This document shows positions 13,534 to 26,686 of a stretch of DNA of 64,000 nt, piece by piece (position 1 is the stretch's first letter; every line of letters starts with the position of its first letter). The position numbers and the translations under genes are program-made. The notes under the pieces were generated by a model that was not told the origin of the DNA, did no database searches, and saw only the letters and a program-made list of their open reading frames with translations. The stretch lies in assembly GCA_004022145.1 (NCBI GenBank), contig RCNU01000002.1; one strand, given 5' to 3'. Source of the stretch: Paecilomyces variotii. Taxonomy: Eukaryota.

Positions 13534-14262
13534 GCCGAGTTAAGGACTGCGTATACCTTCTCTTCGAACGGAGATAGTACGCGCCGGTAGAAGGGATGGA
13601 GGAAACCAAGGTCTCAAGTATGGCAGGAAGTTTTATTATAGTACTTGCAGTCATTTATTCATGAGCCCGTCAGCCATCAAACACGAAACCAGAATGGAGC
13701 TTTGTACTTCCGCAATAATCGATTTATCTTTGTGGTGTCCTGCCATACCTTCAATGTCCCTAGCACGTAACTAAATCACGTAGTTGCCAGCAAAGTCCGA
13801 CTCCTGCGTAAAGTCTCAAAGATCTAGAGGAATCTCATTATCAAGCATAAGGTGGAGAACACGTTCCAAGATGTTATATGGTAAGACATACTTCTTAAGA
13901 GGCCTATTGTGAAAGCGATTAGGCTGATACTTCGGCTGTCTTTGTTGGTGTATTTCATGAGAATTACCTTCGTAAAGCGAAACTATGATATGATATCCAG
14001 ATGCTTTCCCAGCCTTGCAGCTGCTGTAGTGAATTATATACATGAAAACGAGTCCAGTTCCCAGGGCAAATACCACTGTCTTATATGCGTCGCAATGGTG
14101 ATAGAGTACCGTTGAAGTGCCACAGCCACGAGTGCCGAAGGAGAAGCTCGCAAACATACTAATGCCAATTTAAAATATCAATGCACTGATGACAACGCAA
14201 AGTGGCTATCCTGAACCTACAGCGCTAAATCAACGATCGAAAAAGCCCCAATACTTTGCCCC

Positions 14263-14825
14263 TTATAGTCGCACTTTAACGTCCACACAGGGCAAGGTCC
14301 ACTCGCGCCGTCCCAGTAAACTCCGCAACCACTCCAGCCCCATGCCTGTCCATTCTTCCTGCCTGGTCTCCACGGTACCGTTGGTGAATCCTTTTCTCGC
14401 TTCCTCCAAGGCCGCACCAGCAAGCGCCTTTGTTGTAGTGTTTACTGCCTCTATGACATAGCGCGCAAAGCTCTCGTTTCCAAACTCCACCTTGTCCGCT
14501 GCTATCGACGCATTGCTCGGTACCGTGTACGTAACCGGAGAAGAAGCGAAGCGCGGAGAGAACCAGTCGCCCCGGAAATCGAAGAAGCAATGGTCAGACC
14601 AATGACATGATGAGAGGAACAGTATCAGCAGGAGAGCGGAGCAGTAGATGCAAGGTCGGTGGAGGATATATGTGACCGTGACAAAGGAGATGATGAAGAG
14701 CGGAGAGGCGTTGGTCGGGATGAAGAGGAGGGGTAGCCAGCTGGAATCGGTTGTTGTTAGATTTCTTTCAAAGATAGTTAACCTGCTGCGTTTGTCATCG
14801 GGACATACCTCCTGAGACAGAACAT
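14263..14825 (-). CDS. BC10/BLCAP (bladder cancer-associated protein) family small membrane protein, 164 aa
   Basis: A 17-nt exon 1 (14825-14809), intron 14808-14741 and exon 2 give MFCLRSWLPLLFIP...HRPCIYCSALLLILFLSSCHWSDHCFF. This matches the BLCAP pattern MYCLQWLLPVLLIP...KPCTIC...CWGNCF. Confidence 0.8.
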
Positions 14826-15423
14826 GCTGGTCTGGATTATGTGGATAGGAGATTATGTAGGTGTCTGGCGAAGCAGTCGGCGGAAACTTGCGCAAACAGG
14901 CAAGACCAAGTATGGCTTCTTCCGAGAAGAGAGATTACCCGTTGGGTTGGGGCCAGATGTTTCTTCAAGAGAAGAAGAATGATCTCCTTAGTGTAGAATT
15001 AACTAGTAGATGATTAATCATGAGATGCAGAATCCGTTCTGTTCTCGTTTTAGTAATGACGACGATCGGCTTTCAGATGAACGCAGTGAAGGCGGAACGG
15101 CGCACCCGCAGCCACACTCACAGGCGCAAGCGCCCGCCGTAGCCCAGCCACTTTCTCTCTGCCGTCACTGCAACCCACCGCGAGATTTCCTCTGTCTCGT
15201 CTTTGCCAACTATCAACATCAGTCTGATTGCCACATCTGACCAGCCGTAGGCTGCTTCTTCCTTTCCTTTTCTTATTGCATTTGCTTTGTATGAGCTGAT
15301 TGGGCTCTGTCCTGCTTCCTTACTGTCGCATTTTCTCTAGAGATTGCTCTCGAAAGAGAGCTACAGATTGAGTCTGAGCTTGGATATCATTTCACGGGCG
15401 CCCCTACAAGGCGAGTGACAGAA

Positions 15424-18400
15424 ATGTCCACCCCAAGTGATCTCCAAGCTCTGTTTGCGAGCATCAAGCCGCGTCCATCGCCTTCTCCTGCGGTTCAGGG
15501 TGCACACCCATCGCAATTCCAGCAACCGCAGGGCTTGCGTCCGCAACCTTACGATGGACAGAGCTTGCCGCATCCGCGCACTCAGCAGCATGGATATCAC
15601 CACCCTTCGGTGTCTTCACCTCTCTACAGTCCCGTGCCTGGCAATCATACTCCTCCCCACAATGGCTCGGATATAATCAGTCCTGTTGCAGCTACACCAA
15701 GAAGTCAACAGCAGCAACAGAACGCAGACCGTACAGCTAGTCTTTTGAATTTGCTCAAGTTCGGACAGAACGCTCCCCAAGGCGCGCAGCAACAAGCTCC
15801 TGCGATGGGTTCTTTTCTATCTGGTCCTCAGCAGCCCCAGGAAACTGGGCCTGCAGAGCCGCCCAAGAGAGGCCATACGAGAGCTATCTCTGCTTCTGAC
15901 TTGGTGGCGTCGTTCATGGCAAAGCCGGGACCTGCTCCCGAAACTCCTGCCCCTCCCCCAGAGGCTGGTCCCAGCTTCACTGGGCCTGCAGTCACTGAGG
16001 AGAAGCCTGAGACTCCGGCTGCGCCCGCTGAAACCACGCAGGACATATTACTCCGATTGCTCAACCGGCCCAAGCCTTCACAGGGTTCTGAGGGGGGGTC
16101 AGTGAAAGAGACCCAGCAGTCACCGGCTGCTTCCACCCCTCTCAGATCACCGCGCATTGAGACCCCTCCTGCTGAGGAGACAGCTCAGCCCAGCAAGCCG
16201 TCTGAAGAACCAACTCCGGATAATAAGGACGCGCGTATGCACGTCTTTGGTTCAGGTGAAAGCTCTGAAAATATTCCTTTTGACGTGCCAAAGCCATCTG
16301 TCCCAAGCAAAGATACTATTTTCACCTACGTCAATCCCTTCGACCAACTCGCTGCTGCCTCTCCCAAGAAGACCACCCCACAGCCGAAGTCTCGTTCTCG
16401 CAGTGGAAGCCCTGCCGTTGACTCCATGAGGTCCAAGAGAGATACCTCACGTACCAAGGCTAGTCCAGCTACTACTGAGAATGTTACCGACCAGTCGGCT
16501 ACTGGTACTGACGAGAACGTGACAATTCCCGCTCAGAACCAACCTACGGTCTCGGAGGCACTTGGCGAAGTTGCAGAGCAGGTGGAACGGGAGGTTGAGG
16601 ATGCTCTTGCCAGAGCTTCCAACGGAGAGCCTCAAGCAAAGAAGGATATCGAAGATGAACCGAAAGCCGCTCTCTCTACGCTTGCCAGTGAACTGCAGGA
16701 TGCAGCCAAGGATGTCAAGGAAGAGGTTGGCACGGATGCTCTCAAAGATAGCCTGCCGGAACCTGTTGCGGAAACCGTGCAACAGACGATCAATGAGGTA
16801 GCTGATGGCGCGCTCGCTGACAGCTGGGAGAGCGTCGAGGAGAGTCCAGAGAAGGAGGAAGAGCGTGTTGTTGAGGTCTACAACTTCCCTCTCAAGCCGT
16901 TCATCTCTATCGCTGTCAAACCTCGTGATAAGAAGCTGGCACGTCTCCGTGACGATGGTATCATGGACGTTGCTCGCCTGAAGAAAGATTTCGACCAACT
17001 CGACCGCTCTCTTACTTCGGCAACATCGGAGTATATCGTCTATGCGCTAGCTAAGAATGGAGGATTGAGAATAATTCGTCAGGATGATGGAAGCGACAAG
17101 CAAATTTTCCGCTCCACCCGGGACCGCGTCTTCAACGTTGCTCTTTGTACCACTGCGGCGAATGCGGCTCCCTCAAAGGAGCAGGCCGTTCTCGCAATTG
17201 GGGTGAGTGGCACTGTCTATTGGTCTACAATCTCGACAGAGGACAAGGACCTTTTTGAGTTGGATGCTCTGGAAAGTGAGAGTCTTATTTTCCCGCCGTA
17301 TCCGGCGTCTGACGAGAATACCTCTGGCGGCCAGCTGAAAACGCGTGCCAAACGGAGCTCTCGTCACCCGGCGCTCTTTGGAATCGGTCGTGGTAAAAAC
17401 ATCTATGTCATTAAGCCTCGGGCGGCAATGATAGCCGAATATGGAGTGTCAGGAAACCAGCGTGTTGTGGACACTGAAAAGTTCTTCAAGGAACGCGCTC
17501 TGAAGATCTCTACTGGTAAGGCAGGAAAGGATTTCGTATTCAGCGAGGACGATACCGTCATAGCGTCTCTCGACAAGACCGGAAGACTCAGATTCTGGGA
17601 TATCCGTGACATGCTCGACAGAGAACCTCACGCTGCTGCTCCTGCCGAAGTTCGCGTTCCTCTCAACACGTTCGTCACTGGATCTCCGGCTGAGAAGTCT
17701 TGGCCGACATCTGTGCTTTTTATTGATAAGCTGCGTCCCTACGTCAAGTCCACTGCTCTCCGCTACGTCCTTGTTGGATTGAAGCAGAACCATACGTTGC
17801 AGCTCTGGGATATTGGCCTTGGGAAGGCTGTACAGGAGATCAACTTCCCTCACGAGAACGAATCAGATGCTATTTGCAGTGTGGCTTACCACCCTCCCTC
17901 TGGCATCATTGTTGTTGGACATCCAACCAGGAATTCGATCTATTTCGTTCACTTGTCGGCTCCCCGCTACAATTTGCAGCCTATGTCTCAGGCTTCGTTT
18001 GTGAAGCGTTCCAACGAAAAGGACGGCCAGTTGCCCAAGCCTGAATCAACTGCTTGCTTGAGCGGCATCCGCGAGATCTCGTTCGCGTCTAAGGGTCAGC
18101 TCAGAAGCTTAGATCTTCTCTCAATCAACAAGACCCCTGGAACCCCTCGCGGCCCTGAAGATAACGGGCTGTTCGAGTTGTACGTGATGCATTCGCGGGG
18201 TGTGACCTGCATCAATATCAAGAAGGAAGACCTTGGCTGGACTAATGACAACAAAATCGTTCGTCCAGTGGATGCTTTGGAGGAAGGCCTCATTGAGATA
18301 TCAGACCTCCAGACTTTCCCCAGCTACGTCGCGGATGAGCCTTCAGTTAACGGAGATGCCACTGCCACCCCTAAGATCTCCGCCAGGGATGTCCCTAAGA

Positions 18401-20090
18401 AGACGGCTGAAGGCCTCCTTGGCGAGCCTACAGCGCCGTCTCGCAACGAGTCCCCTGCTAAGGCTGCGTCCAAGAAGAAGTCTATTGAAGAATCTGAGAC
18501 GACAGCAAATGGTGTCGAGAAGGCTGAAAAGAAGAAAAGAAAGAAGGCTGCTGCTAGTGAAGCAGCTGGTAAAGTGAAGGAGACCAACACAAAGGTTGCG
18601 CCATCCCAGATCCTAAGCGAGCCTGGCCTGGAGCGCCGCGCTATTTCTCCACAGAAAGCAACGAAGGACTCGGGCATTGTCCAGAGTCCCTTGAACGGTG
18701 CTGAACCTGTTATGTCTCCGGCCACGATGGCTACTATTCCATCTGCAAGCGCTGACTCTGCAACTTCGGGCGGATCGATCACTGTCGGCATCTCTAGTGA
18801 TTTCCTCAACAAGGAAATGAAGAAGCTTGAGAAGACTGTGTCAACCGAGTTCTCAAAGAGCCTTAGGCACGAACTCGAGGATCTTTACAAGCGTTTCGAT
18901 GACGACAAACGTGCGTGGGATGCGACTGCTACTGCCAAGCAGGACCAGCTGTTGCAGATTGTCTCGAGCACACTTTCTGACAAGATCGAAAAGAATCTTG
19001 GACGCATCATCTCGAACAGCATTCAGTCTGAGGTCATCCCTGCCATCGTTAACGTCACGTCTGCCACTCTGGGCAAGCAAGTTAACGAGACGCTTGGCCA
19101 TGCCATCCCTCGTGAAGTCCGTCAAGTCCTCCCAGACTCAGTCGCCCGTGCTGTCCAGAAATTCGACATCACGAAAGTCGTTTCCGACGTCGTTTCAAAG
19201 AAGCTCTCTTCCCAGGTTGAAGGAGAGTTCTCTCGAGCTGTCCAGGGCAGCATCAAAAAGATGGGAAGTGATATGGAACGCCAGATGCAAGCCCAGATGA
19301 AGCATTATGAGATCCAGCGTCAGAGCGACTCTGCCAAGATTGAGCAACTAACCGCGCTTGTCCGGGGCTTGTCTGACACTGTCGCATCGATGGCTGCCGC
19401 TCAGAACAGTTTCCAGAACGAGATTCTCAGGCTTAATCGTCACATTGCTTCTCGTGACACCGAGGAGAATAAGCACCGCTCCCGCCATGTCTCGTCTGCC
19501 TACTCCGCTGCTTCAAACGACATTCCCTCCGCCAGGACTCCGGAGGAGATCGAGCTGGCTGAAATTGCGCAGCTCATGAACGAGGGAAGATACGAAGAGG
19601 GATCAGTGAAGGTGAGTTCCCAGTATTTTTGTGGCTTTAATAATGGATTTTGGGTCAGTTGCTGACAGAGTGTGTTTGATGCAGTGGCTGCAATCTTCGC
19701 AGCAAGCGGACCTGTTCGATAACCTCTTCGTTCGCTTGAACCCTGCTTACCTGACGGGACTTTCTCCGATCGTATCATTGTCGGTTGGCGTCGCGGTTAC
19801 ATCTTCGCTGGAGACGAATCTGCCGGAACGCCTCTCTTGGCTCGAAGTTGTCTTGCAGACTGTCAATCTTCATGTATGGCTTATCATCTTTATTTCATCT
19901 CATTATTCGGTTACTGATTCTTCTGTAGGACCCGGATATTCGTGAAGTCGCTCCGAAGATCATGGATATCCTTATCCAACGTCTTGAGAGCTTGTACATG
20001 GCGATTGCGGAGAACGACCCGCACAATCCTATTCTACGCAAGATTCCACCGCTCTCTCGTCGTGCTCGGGAGCTTCGTGGTGCCCACTGA
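15424..20090 (+). CDS. EDC4/Pdc1-like mRNA decapping scaffold (WD40 propeller plus C-terminal helical region)
   Basis: 1416-aa ORF with a P/Q-rich N-terminus carrying short LL-LL helical motifs (LLNLLK, ILLRLL), WD40-like segments (LRFWDIRD, TLQLWDIG, AICSVAYHP) and a helical C-terminus. Two 3' introns lead to ...RARELRGAH* at 20090. Confidence 0.8.
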
Positions 20091-21215
20091 AGCCCTAGGC
20101 CGACCTGAGAAGCGGTTGAATAGTTCCAGATCCCTATTTCAGGGGCTGGTTAAAACATCTTTGGCCTGTATTTGATGTGTCACGATACGGATGCGAAGAC
20201 GAGATTCGGAAAGCTACGTCTGATAAACTGACCCGGTATGATCTTCCGGTGTCATATTCGGTGGAGATGATATGTACCCTTATTTGCTTTCGTGCCTTCT
20301 AGTTATGGGACTTTCTAGGTCCTGATAAACGTCTTGTACTATGTCAGTCACGATCTTTCGGGCTGTATTTCTGTCAGCGATGGATTCGTTCCGGTCACTG
20401 CTTTTGCCTCTTTTCCAACTTGCCTTGAAACAGGAGAGTTGGATGAAAAGGGTATCAGCAAGACACCGTTTAGTCCTGAACTGCTTGCGACACAGTGTGA
20501 CGCCTCAGTTTCTCGGGCACGATCCAGACGCCTTTTTATTAGTTACTACTTGAATTCACATATGTTTCAGCAATAATAATGTTCGTCCTCTGTCAATGAC
20601 GATACTGTAACCGTTGATCTAGGACTGGGTCTTGACTTGAAGAAGTTCGTGTAGAATTTGATGTTTCTGCCGTGCATGTAACCAAGTGTATTCTATGGAT
20701 TTTCCCTCAAAGCATTTTGCGTTTCCCAGAGTGCACTTCGCTTCTTCATTTTGATGTACGTTAACAGTTCTGCCTTCAATGCGCAGTAGTAATCATCGAG
20801 ATCCAGGTATATTTGAAGCGCTATCCCACGTCAGTTTGCGTATGCTGTGGCGATTTCCCTTTGGAAGCGTAAAGCACATGATTGATGGTATGGGTTGGAA
20901 GCAATGTCTGAGCGCATGGCACAGCCTCTATCTGTCAGCATTTAATAGGCTTTATAAACAGTACATTCTTCTATGACACACTACTGTAGGGATGACTGGA
21001 TATGGTATCCTGTCATGCGTAAGCTTACCTGGGCGAGCCATACCTATCAGGGACCCCGATGCGGCAAACAATTGTAACCTACCTAGGTAACTAGTTATAT
21101 CTCTACCATACTTCCATCGCTTCTTCCAGTTATTATCAAAATTAAATCCTCCTCCCAATCTAGGACTTTTCCCATCTGCTTCCTATTTCTCAATACATTC
21201 TACACAAAACCAAAA

Positions 21216-21932
21216 ATGCCACGCCTCTCCGACTACCGTCTCCTCTCCTTCGACGTCTACGGCACCCTCGTCGACTGGGAAGCCGGAATCCTATCCGCGC
21301 TCCAACCAGCCCTCTCGCAAGCCAACGCGAACTACACCCCCGAACAAATCCTCACCATGTACCAAGCCCTAGAAAGCGAACAGCAAACAATCACGCCCGA
21401 AATGCCATACTCCCAACTCCTAGCTACGATCTATCCCCTCCTTGCGCAGAACCTCAACCTACCCCCCGCAACCGAAGCCGACTGTCGCCAATTCAGCAAT
21501 TCAATAGCCCACTGGCCCGTCTTCCCAGATACCGTAGACGCCCTGAAACGACTCTCGAAACAATATAAACTCGTCGTCCTTTCCAACGTCGACCGCGATT
21601 CATTCGCCAGGACCAATGCGGGGAGTTTACAGAATTTCCCGTTCGATATGGTCATCACCGCGCAGGATGTGGGGGGTTATAAGCCTGATTTGCGCAATTT
21701 CGAATACATGCTTGATGCTGTCAAGAGGGAGTTTGGGGTTGAGAGAGAGCAAGTACTTCAGACGGCGCAGAGCCAGTTTCATGATCATCAGCCTGCGAAG
21801 AAGGTGGGGGTGAAGTCGGTGTGGATCGTGCGGCCGGGGGCGATTATGGGGAATGTAGGGGAGGAGATTTATGATTGGAAGTTTGATACGTTGGGGGATA
21901 TGGCGGATGCTGTGGAGAAGGAGAATAAATGA
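21216..21932 (+). CDS. Haloacid dehalogenase type II-like HAD hydrolase
   Basis: Motif I FDVYGTLVDWE, motif II LSNVD, YKPD and AQSQFHDHQPA. Intronless, 238 aa. Confidence 0.92.
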   Translation: MPRLSDYRLLSFDVYGTLVDWEAGILSALQPALSQANANYTPEQILTMYQALESEQQTITPEMPYSQLLATIYPLLAQNLNLPPATEADCRQFSNSIAHWPVFPDTVDALKRLSKQYKLVVLSNVDRDSFARTNAGSLQNFPFDMVITAQDVGGYKPDLRNFEYMLDAVKREFGVEREQVLQTAQSQFHDHQPAKKVGVKSVWIVRPGAIMGNVGEEIYDWKFDTLGDMADAVEKENK

Positions 21933-22424
21933 AATAGATGAGATTGTTGTTGTGGTTTGAGTGCTTCTTCTTCTTCTCGTGTTGTTGTGAGTAGATAGTA
22001 TTAAGTAGTTGAGATCCACTTTCCTGTTCAGGTGGTTGTAAGTGTCAGATAGCAAGATGAGCTTCTCCGCTACTATTATATCCAGGCTACGTCTAACTAC
22101 CCTGAGCCAGTAAATATGGCAACGCAAAACTCCGCATTTCGAGAACAATTGGATCTTGCCATCCAGTTCCAATTCCAATTACCTTTTATTTTTACACGTA
22201 CTTGAATCCACAATCGACTTCATTGGCAGTAGACGGACGCATGGTTGATACAGTTTTCGAGCTACAGGTGTATGGAAGAACTTTCTCGATGTAGATTCCT
22301 TATGCGCCGCTATCTGGCGGCCAAACACTCTAACAGATGAATGATTAATGTACAGTACATCAATACTTTTTCCCATATCGAACAATCACTTTCACCAACG
22401 CCGATTTATGCCAGTGGTATCTAA

Positions 22425-24123
22425 TCAAGCATGAAAGTCAACCTGCTTCTCCGGGCTAACAGTTTCTTCGGAGTCCTCGTGGGTATCATTTTCTATGAAC
22501 TCAAAGCCCAACGCGCGCCAGTTTAGTTCTTTGCGCCAGTGAAGCCCATAGTAATTCCTCTCTTGTTTGGCTTCTTTATTCTTATTTTCTCCGTGACCTG
22601 GTGATTGCTCGGCGCCAGGGCTGTCCAAGACTGGACTGACAACAGGTTCGGATGCTAAACCGCCGACTGCCATTCTTCCACTCCGGGGAAAGACAGTAAG
22701 TCTGAATCGTGAAAGGAGCATTCCCATGCAGCAAGAAAGACATGGTTCATGTGTAATGTAGAGATCAAGTCCCGTGCAAAGGTAGCCTCCAAGAGAACGA
22801 GGGCGAATGCGGGATTTGGCTGGTTCGCCCGTGGTGGGGTCTGCTGAGAATGGCGACGGAGAGTACAGGATAGCTTTCTCGAGCGGCGTCAACGCGACTT
22901 TGTCCGACGCTGGTGTAGCTGCTGCGTTTTTAGATGGAGGCTCGTCCTCCTCGCGTGGTCTCTTCCCGGCCTTCCCTGACGCCGGAATAGCTGATGAGTC
23001 CCTAGGAGACTCTTGTTCCTCGCGTCGTCTCTTCGCAATCATCTCTGCGACACGCATCAGAGCGTGAAGTTCAGGTCCGCCCTCAAGATCAGGATTGTAA
23101 GTCTTGCTGGCTGGATTCGGCCCACCTTGACTGCATTGGGACTCCTGGAGAGATGGTTGTCCTCCTTCTGGCCTTGAATATCGTGCATCTCCAGCGACGG
23201 CAACAATGGCCTTTGTCCACCCAAGTTCATCATTCTCATCAATTTCAATCTCCGGGTCGACCACGACAGCTCCCACTCCACGACCTCGTCCAGACTTTTC
23301 TGCCTCAGCAGCTACCATTCTCGCCAGCGCAAGGTAGTGGCCTGTTTTAGATTGTATAGATGCACGCGTCTTGTTAAGTATCGGTGGTGGCGGCGCGACC
23401 AACGCTCTTTGTGCCGCAGGGTTGAATGTCACTGGCCAAAGGGTTCGCGACCATTGTTCTGCCTGGCGCTGATTGAGAGGCGGCTGAAGTGGGATGCATG
23501 TTGATCTGATCGGAACTGTAGGAGGAGTAGATTTAACATCAGACGAAAGAGACAAAGGTGCATAAGGCGCTAGTAAAGCTTGGACGGTTTCAATCTCAGG
23601 CAATGGGCCTGGGATGATCACATAGATCGTCTGCGGCGGAGTTTGCTGCACAGCATCCCCTTCGCTGGCAATAACAGACGCTTTGAGATGCTCAGGCAGA
23701 TTAGCCCGCTTTACGAATCGACGCAGATGTTGCAGTGGCAGCGAAGGATCTTTAGGGAAAGCAGCGTCAAGGACTCTGTAGATGTGCGCGGATTTATCAA
23801 GTCAGCCTGATGGATTGCGGAAGCTCCCAGAAAAGGAAAGATGATCAGGATCAACACGAACTTGGTAACAGCAGAAGCACTCTTCACGTTGACTTCTGCG
23901 ACATACGCGTCTCCTAAAATGACACGAGATCGAATCAGCGATCTAATGTTTCCCGAATGTACATTGCGCTCTGTTTGGTAGACTGAAAACGTGAGAACGA
24001 ACACTTACCATATTCCTCGTTGGGCCGTGTTTCCTGAACAGTCTTGATATGTACCACCTGGCCCTTCAGAGGTTGGATACCCTCCAGCACTTTCAAGACG
24101 TCCGTATCCATTGCGCTGGCCAT
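22425..24123 (-). CDS. TAD3: tRNA-specific adenosine-34 deaminase non-catalytic subunit Tad3
   Basis: Three exons (introns 24008-23914 and 23861-23776). Motifs LQHLRRFVK, WSRTLWPVTF, HALM (catalytic Glu absent), YLCTGLDLYITHEPCLSCCMG and GLHWRKELNW. Confidence 0.88.
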
Positions 24124-25519
24124 CGATATCGAGAGGGGTACAGATAACTAACTTGGCGGGGGAAGGAGAGGAAGAAGACAAGTCCGACACGGGTACACGC
24201 AACGTCAAGACATGGTTTCGATTCTTTCCTCAAAATAATGGATCCCAATGTCACAACAAAAGAAAATAAAAAGCTTAGCGTCTCCAAACGGCAGATAGCA
24301 TGGTCAAGTGGTCGGAGTATAACTTTCTGAACGGTGACGTCCCTCCGATTTTGCTGCTAGCCCTAAGACGTAGACCCTAACTTTCCTATTTCGGCTAACC
24401 TTGAGGAAAAGTGAGCCAATGCCATTCGAGCACCGATTGAGTTGAGCTTTAACAGAATCACTGCGACAGTAATGCCTATAGTTCAAGGGTGAGTGCTGGG
24501 TAGTATTAGTACTCGACAATCTGATTGTGACCGCTTTATACAATTTAAATAGTTAATTGAGCTACAGTTAACTATACGATCCACCTATTTCTTCTATTTA
24601 TGCTAAATCGGTCAAAACAGACGATTAAGACTGAGTCAAAGTAAAACTGAATCGCCTACATTATCATGCTTCAGCCAAGTGTACAACAAAGCACGATAGC
24701 TTCAAAGATTCTCGAACATAATAGACAACAAGTCTAAGGGCTAGTACAATCTTAGTTCATCAGGGAATTGGAAACAAAAGATATCTTAGAAAAGCAATAA
24801 TTCATAGTTGTTGGTTTGTTGTGGCATTTTACGCACTACAGTTGGTACGATTGGGCGCACAGGCTTGGACTAGGGTTGACTGGTGGCGATGATAGGGCGT
24901 AAAATAGTCTCAATAGCAGATATTTTCCAGCATGAAACCCCCACAGATTCTTACACTTTGTATGCGGTGTGGCTTTTCGACTCTTTGAAATGATGTAATG
25001 CGCGGCTTATGGGGTCGATTGTTTCCGACAGTACTGCTGCTCTGGATATAGTTACAGAAACAACTTTATTGATCAGAAATTATGCATAAGAGTGCAGAAT
25101 TGTAAATCGAAAACGTATAAATACTCCATGGAAGATTGACCAGAAAACGCCTCGTATGTACACATAAACAGAAACCCACATGACCCTCGCAGAGCCACGA
25201 AGGGAAATCCAAACACCGTCTCCGTCCCCAGGTCCTCTGAATGCTTCGTATGTTAGATAGAGACCAAAGAAATATTGCAGAACAAGAAGATGAAAATGGG
25301 AGGACGCGGACGAAAGCTCATGATCCCTGCATAGATGGCTGACTAGCCACCAGATAATATAGCGAAGAAATGAGAATAGGAAAAGACATATAGTTGGCGT
25401 ATCCCATGACGCTCGCCCCGAAGGTACAGAAACCCACACTGTTTGGGCAGTTAAAAGACCCACGACGATTCAGAGAACCAAGAAACCAGAGCTACCCGCG
25501 GGCCAGGGGTTTCTGGTCG

Positions 25520-26632
25520 TTATACGTCCCGTAGTTCATCTTCTTCTTCCGATTCGATTTCATACCCATCGCATCTCTCAACAAGACTTCGGTAATAATC
25601 GACCAGCACCTCCGGTTGTGGGACGATCCTCCATTCCACGCGCCATAGGAACTCCAACTCTAAGAGCGCCAGTTCCGCAATACTGATACCACCCACACGT
25701 GCATACGTCTTGTTCGTCCAGAAACTATCGCTCAAGCCCTTGCTGGCGACAGTCGCGCTAGCAATCAAAAACCGATGGATGGTCAGGCTAGAGACGGTAA
25801 ACGCGGGATAGAGCGCGCAGAGTCTATCGATATAGTAGACCATACTCAACAGGATAGGGGGAGAGAGAGTGGCATGAGTCGTCAGTCGCTGCAGGTAGTC
25901 ATGGACAGAGATGCGGGGAGGAGACCGGGAATGGAATCGGGTCAGTCGACCCTCGTTCAGTGGAATCTTGTCGTTGAAACGGATGAGCTCCATCAGCATG
26001 CTCGAGATCAGCACGACAATATCACGAGGATCGGCCAGCTCGTAGCGCCGTGGCAAGCGTTTCACAGCGGGTTTGTCTGGCCGCGGCCGTTTGGGATTAG
26101 ATCCTTCGAGCTCAGCAGCCGGCTGCTGAGCCCGAGACGCGCTGGAGGCGACAGTGGCATCGTCCGGGGTACTGCGTTTGGCGCCTGCACTGGCGGATGG
26201 CATCTGTGATGAGCCTGGGGCAGATGAGGGAACGTCGGCGGTGAGAATTTCTCGGGGATGCGATGCGTCCGGAGGATGAGTTCCGCCCCCAAGGGTGTTC
26301 ACCCCAGCGGACATCGGACCGCGAGGTCGATCCCCTGAGGGCCCTGGCGGGGAATTGTGCGAGGGAGCGTCAACTGTATGGCGCTTGAGAGCCGATCGGA
26401 TCTCCTCTATGCCCTGCGACAGTCGCAAGCGAGCGGACACACGATGGCCTGCTGCAGAAGCAGCAGCGCGGGGCGGAACTGCAGGAGCACTGGACGAGAG
26501 ACGACTGATACCGTGAGAGACCTGAGAAAAGGAGGTCTCATGATGAGGGCGGACAGGACATGAAGGGCGTGGTGAAGGAGAGCAATGGGTTCCCGACTGG
26601 AGAGCTGCGGAGGTGGGCGAGGAGACTATCAT
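25520..26632 (-). CDS. PHO80: Pho80/PREG-type cyclin (phosphate regulation)
   Basis: C-terminal cyclin box LTRFHSRSPPRISVHDYLQRL...LTIHRFLIASATVASKGLSDSFWTNKTYARVGG...ELEFLWRVEW, preceded by a disordered N-terminus. Confidence 0.88.
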   Translation of the reverse strand: MIVSSPTSAALQSGTHCSPSPRPSCPVRPHHETSFSQVSHGISRLSSSAPAVPPRAAASAAGHRVSARLRLSQGIEEIRSALKRHTVDAPSHNSPPGPSGDRPRGPMSAGVNTLGGGTHPPDASHPREILTADVPSSAPGSSQMPSASAGAKRSTPDDATVASSASRAQQPAAELEGSNPKRPRPDKPAVKRLPRRYELADPRDIVVLISSMLMELIRFNDKIPLNEGRLTRFHSRSPPRISVHDYLQRLTTHATLSPPILLSMVYYIDRLCALYPAFTVSSLTIHRFLIASATVASKGLSDSFWTNKTYARVGGISIAELALLELEFLWRVEWRIVPQPEVLVDYYRSLVERCDGYEIESEEEDELRDV

Positions 26633-26678
26633 GGCCGCAAAGTGAAGAGGGCGCTGGATCGACCCGCCCTAGACAAAC

Positions 26679-26686
26679 CACGTGGG
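26679..26686. promoter_or_regulatory. E-box CACGTG(GG), candidate Pho4/NUC-1/PalcA site
   Basis: Exact CACGTGGG 47 bp upstream of the Pho80-like ATG. Confidence 0.35.

Noticed and set aside
14263-24123. Proximity of a BLCAP homolog (edited in animals) to TAD3 (A-to-I deaminase subunit)
   Set aside because: Separated by unrelated genes. Animal editing uses ADARs, so the linkage is most likely coincidental.
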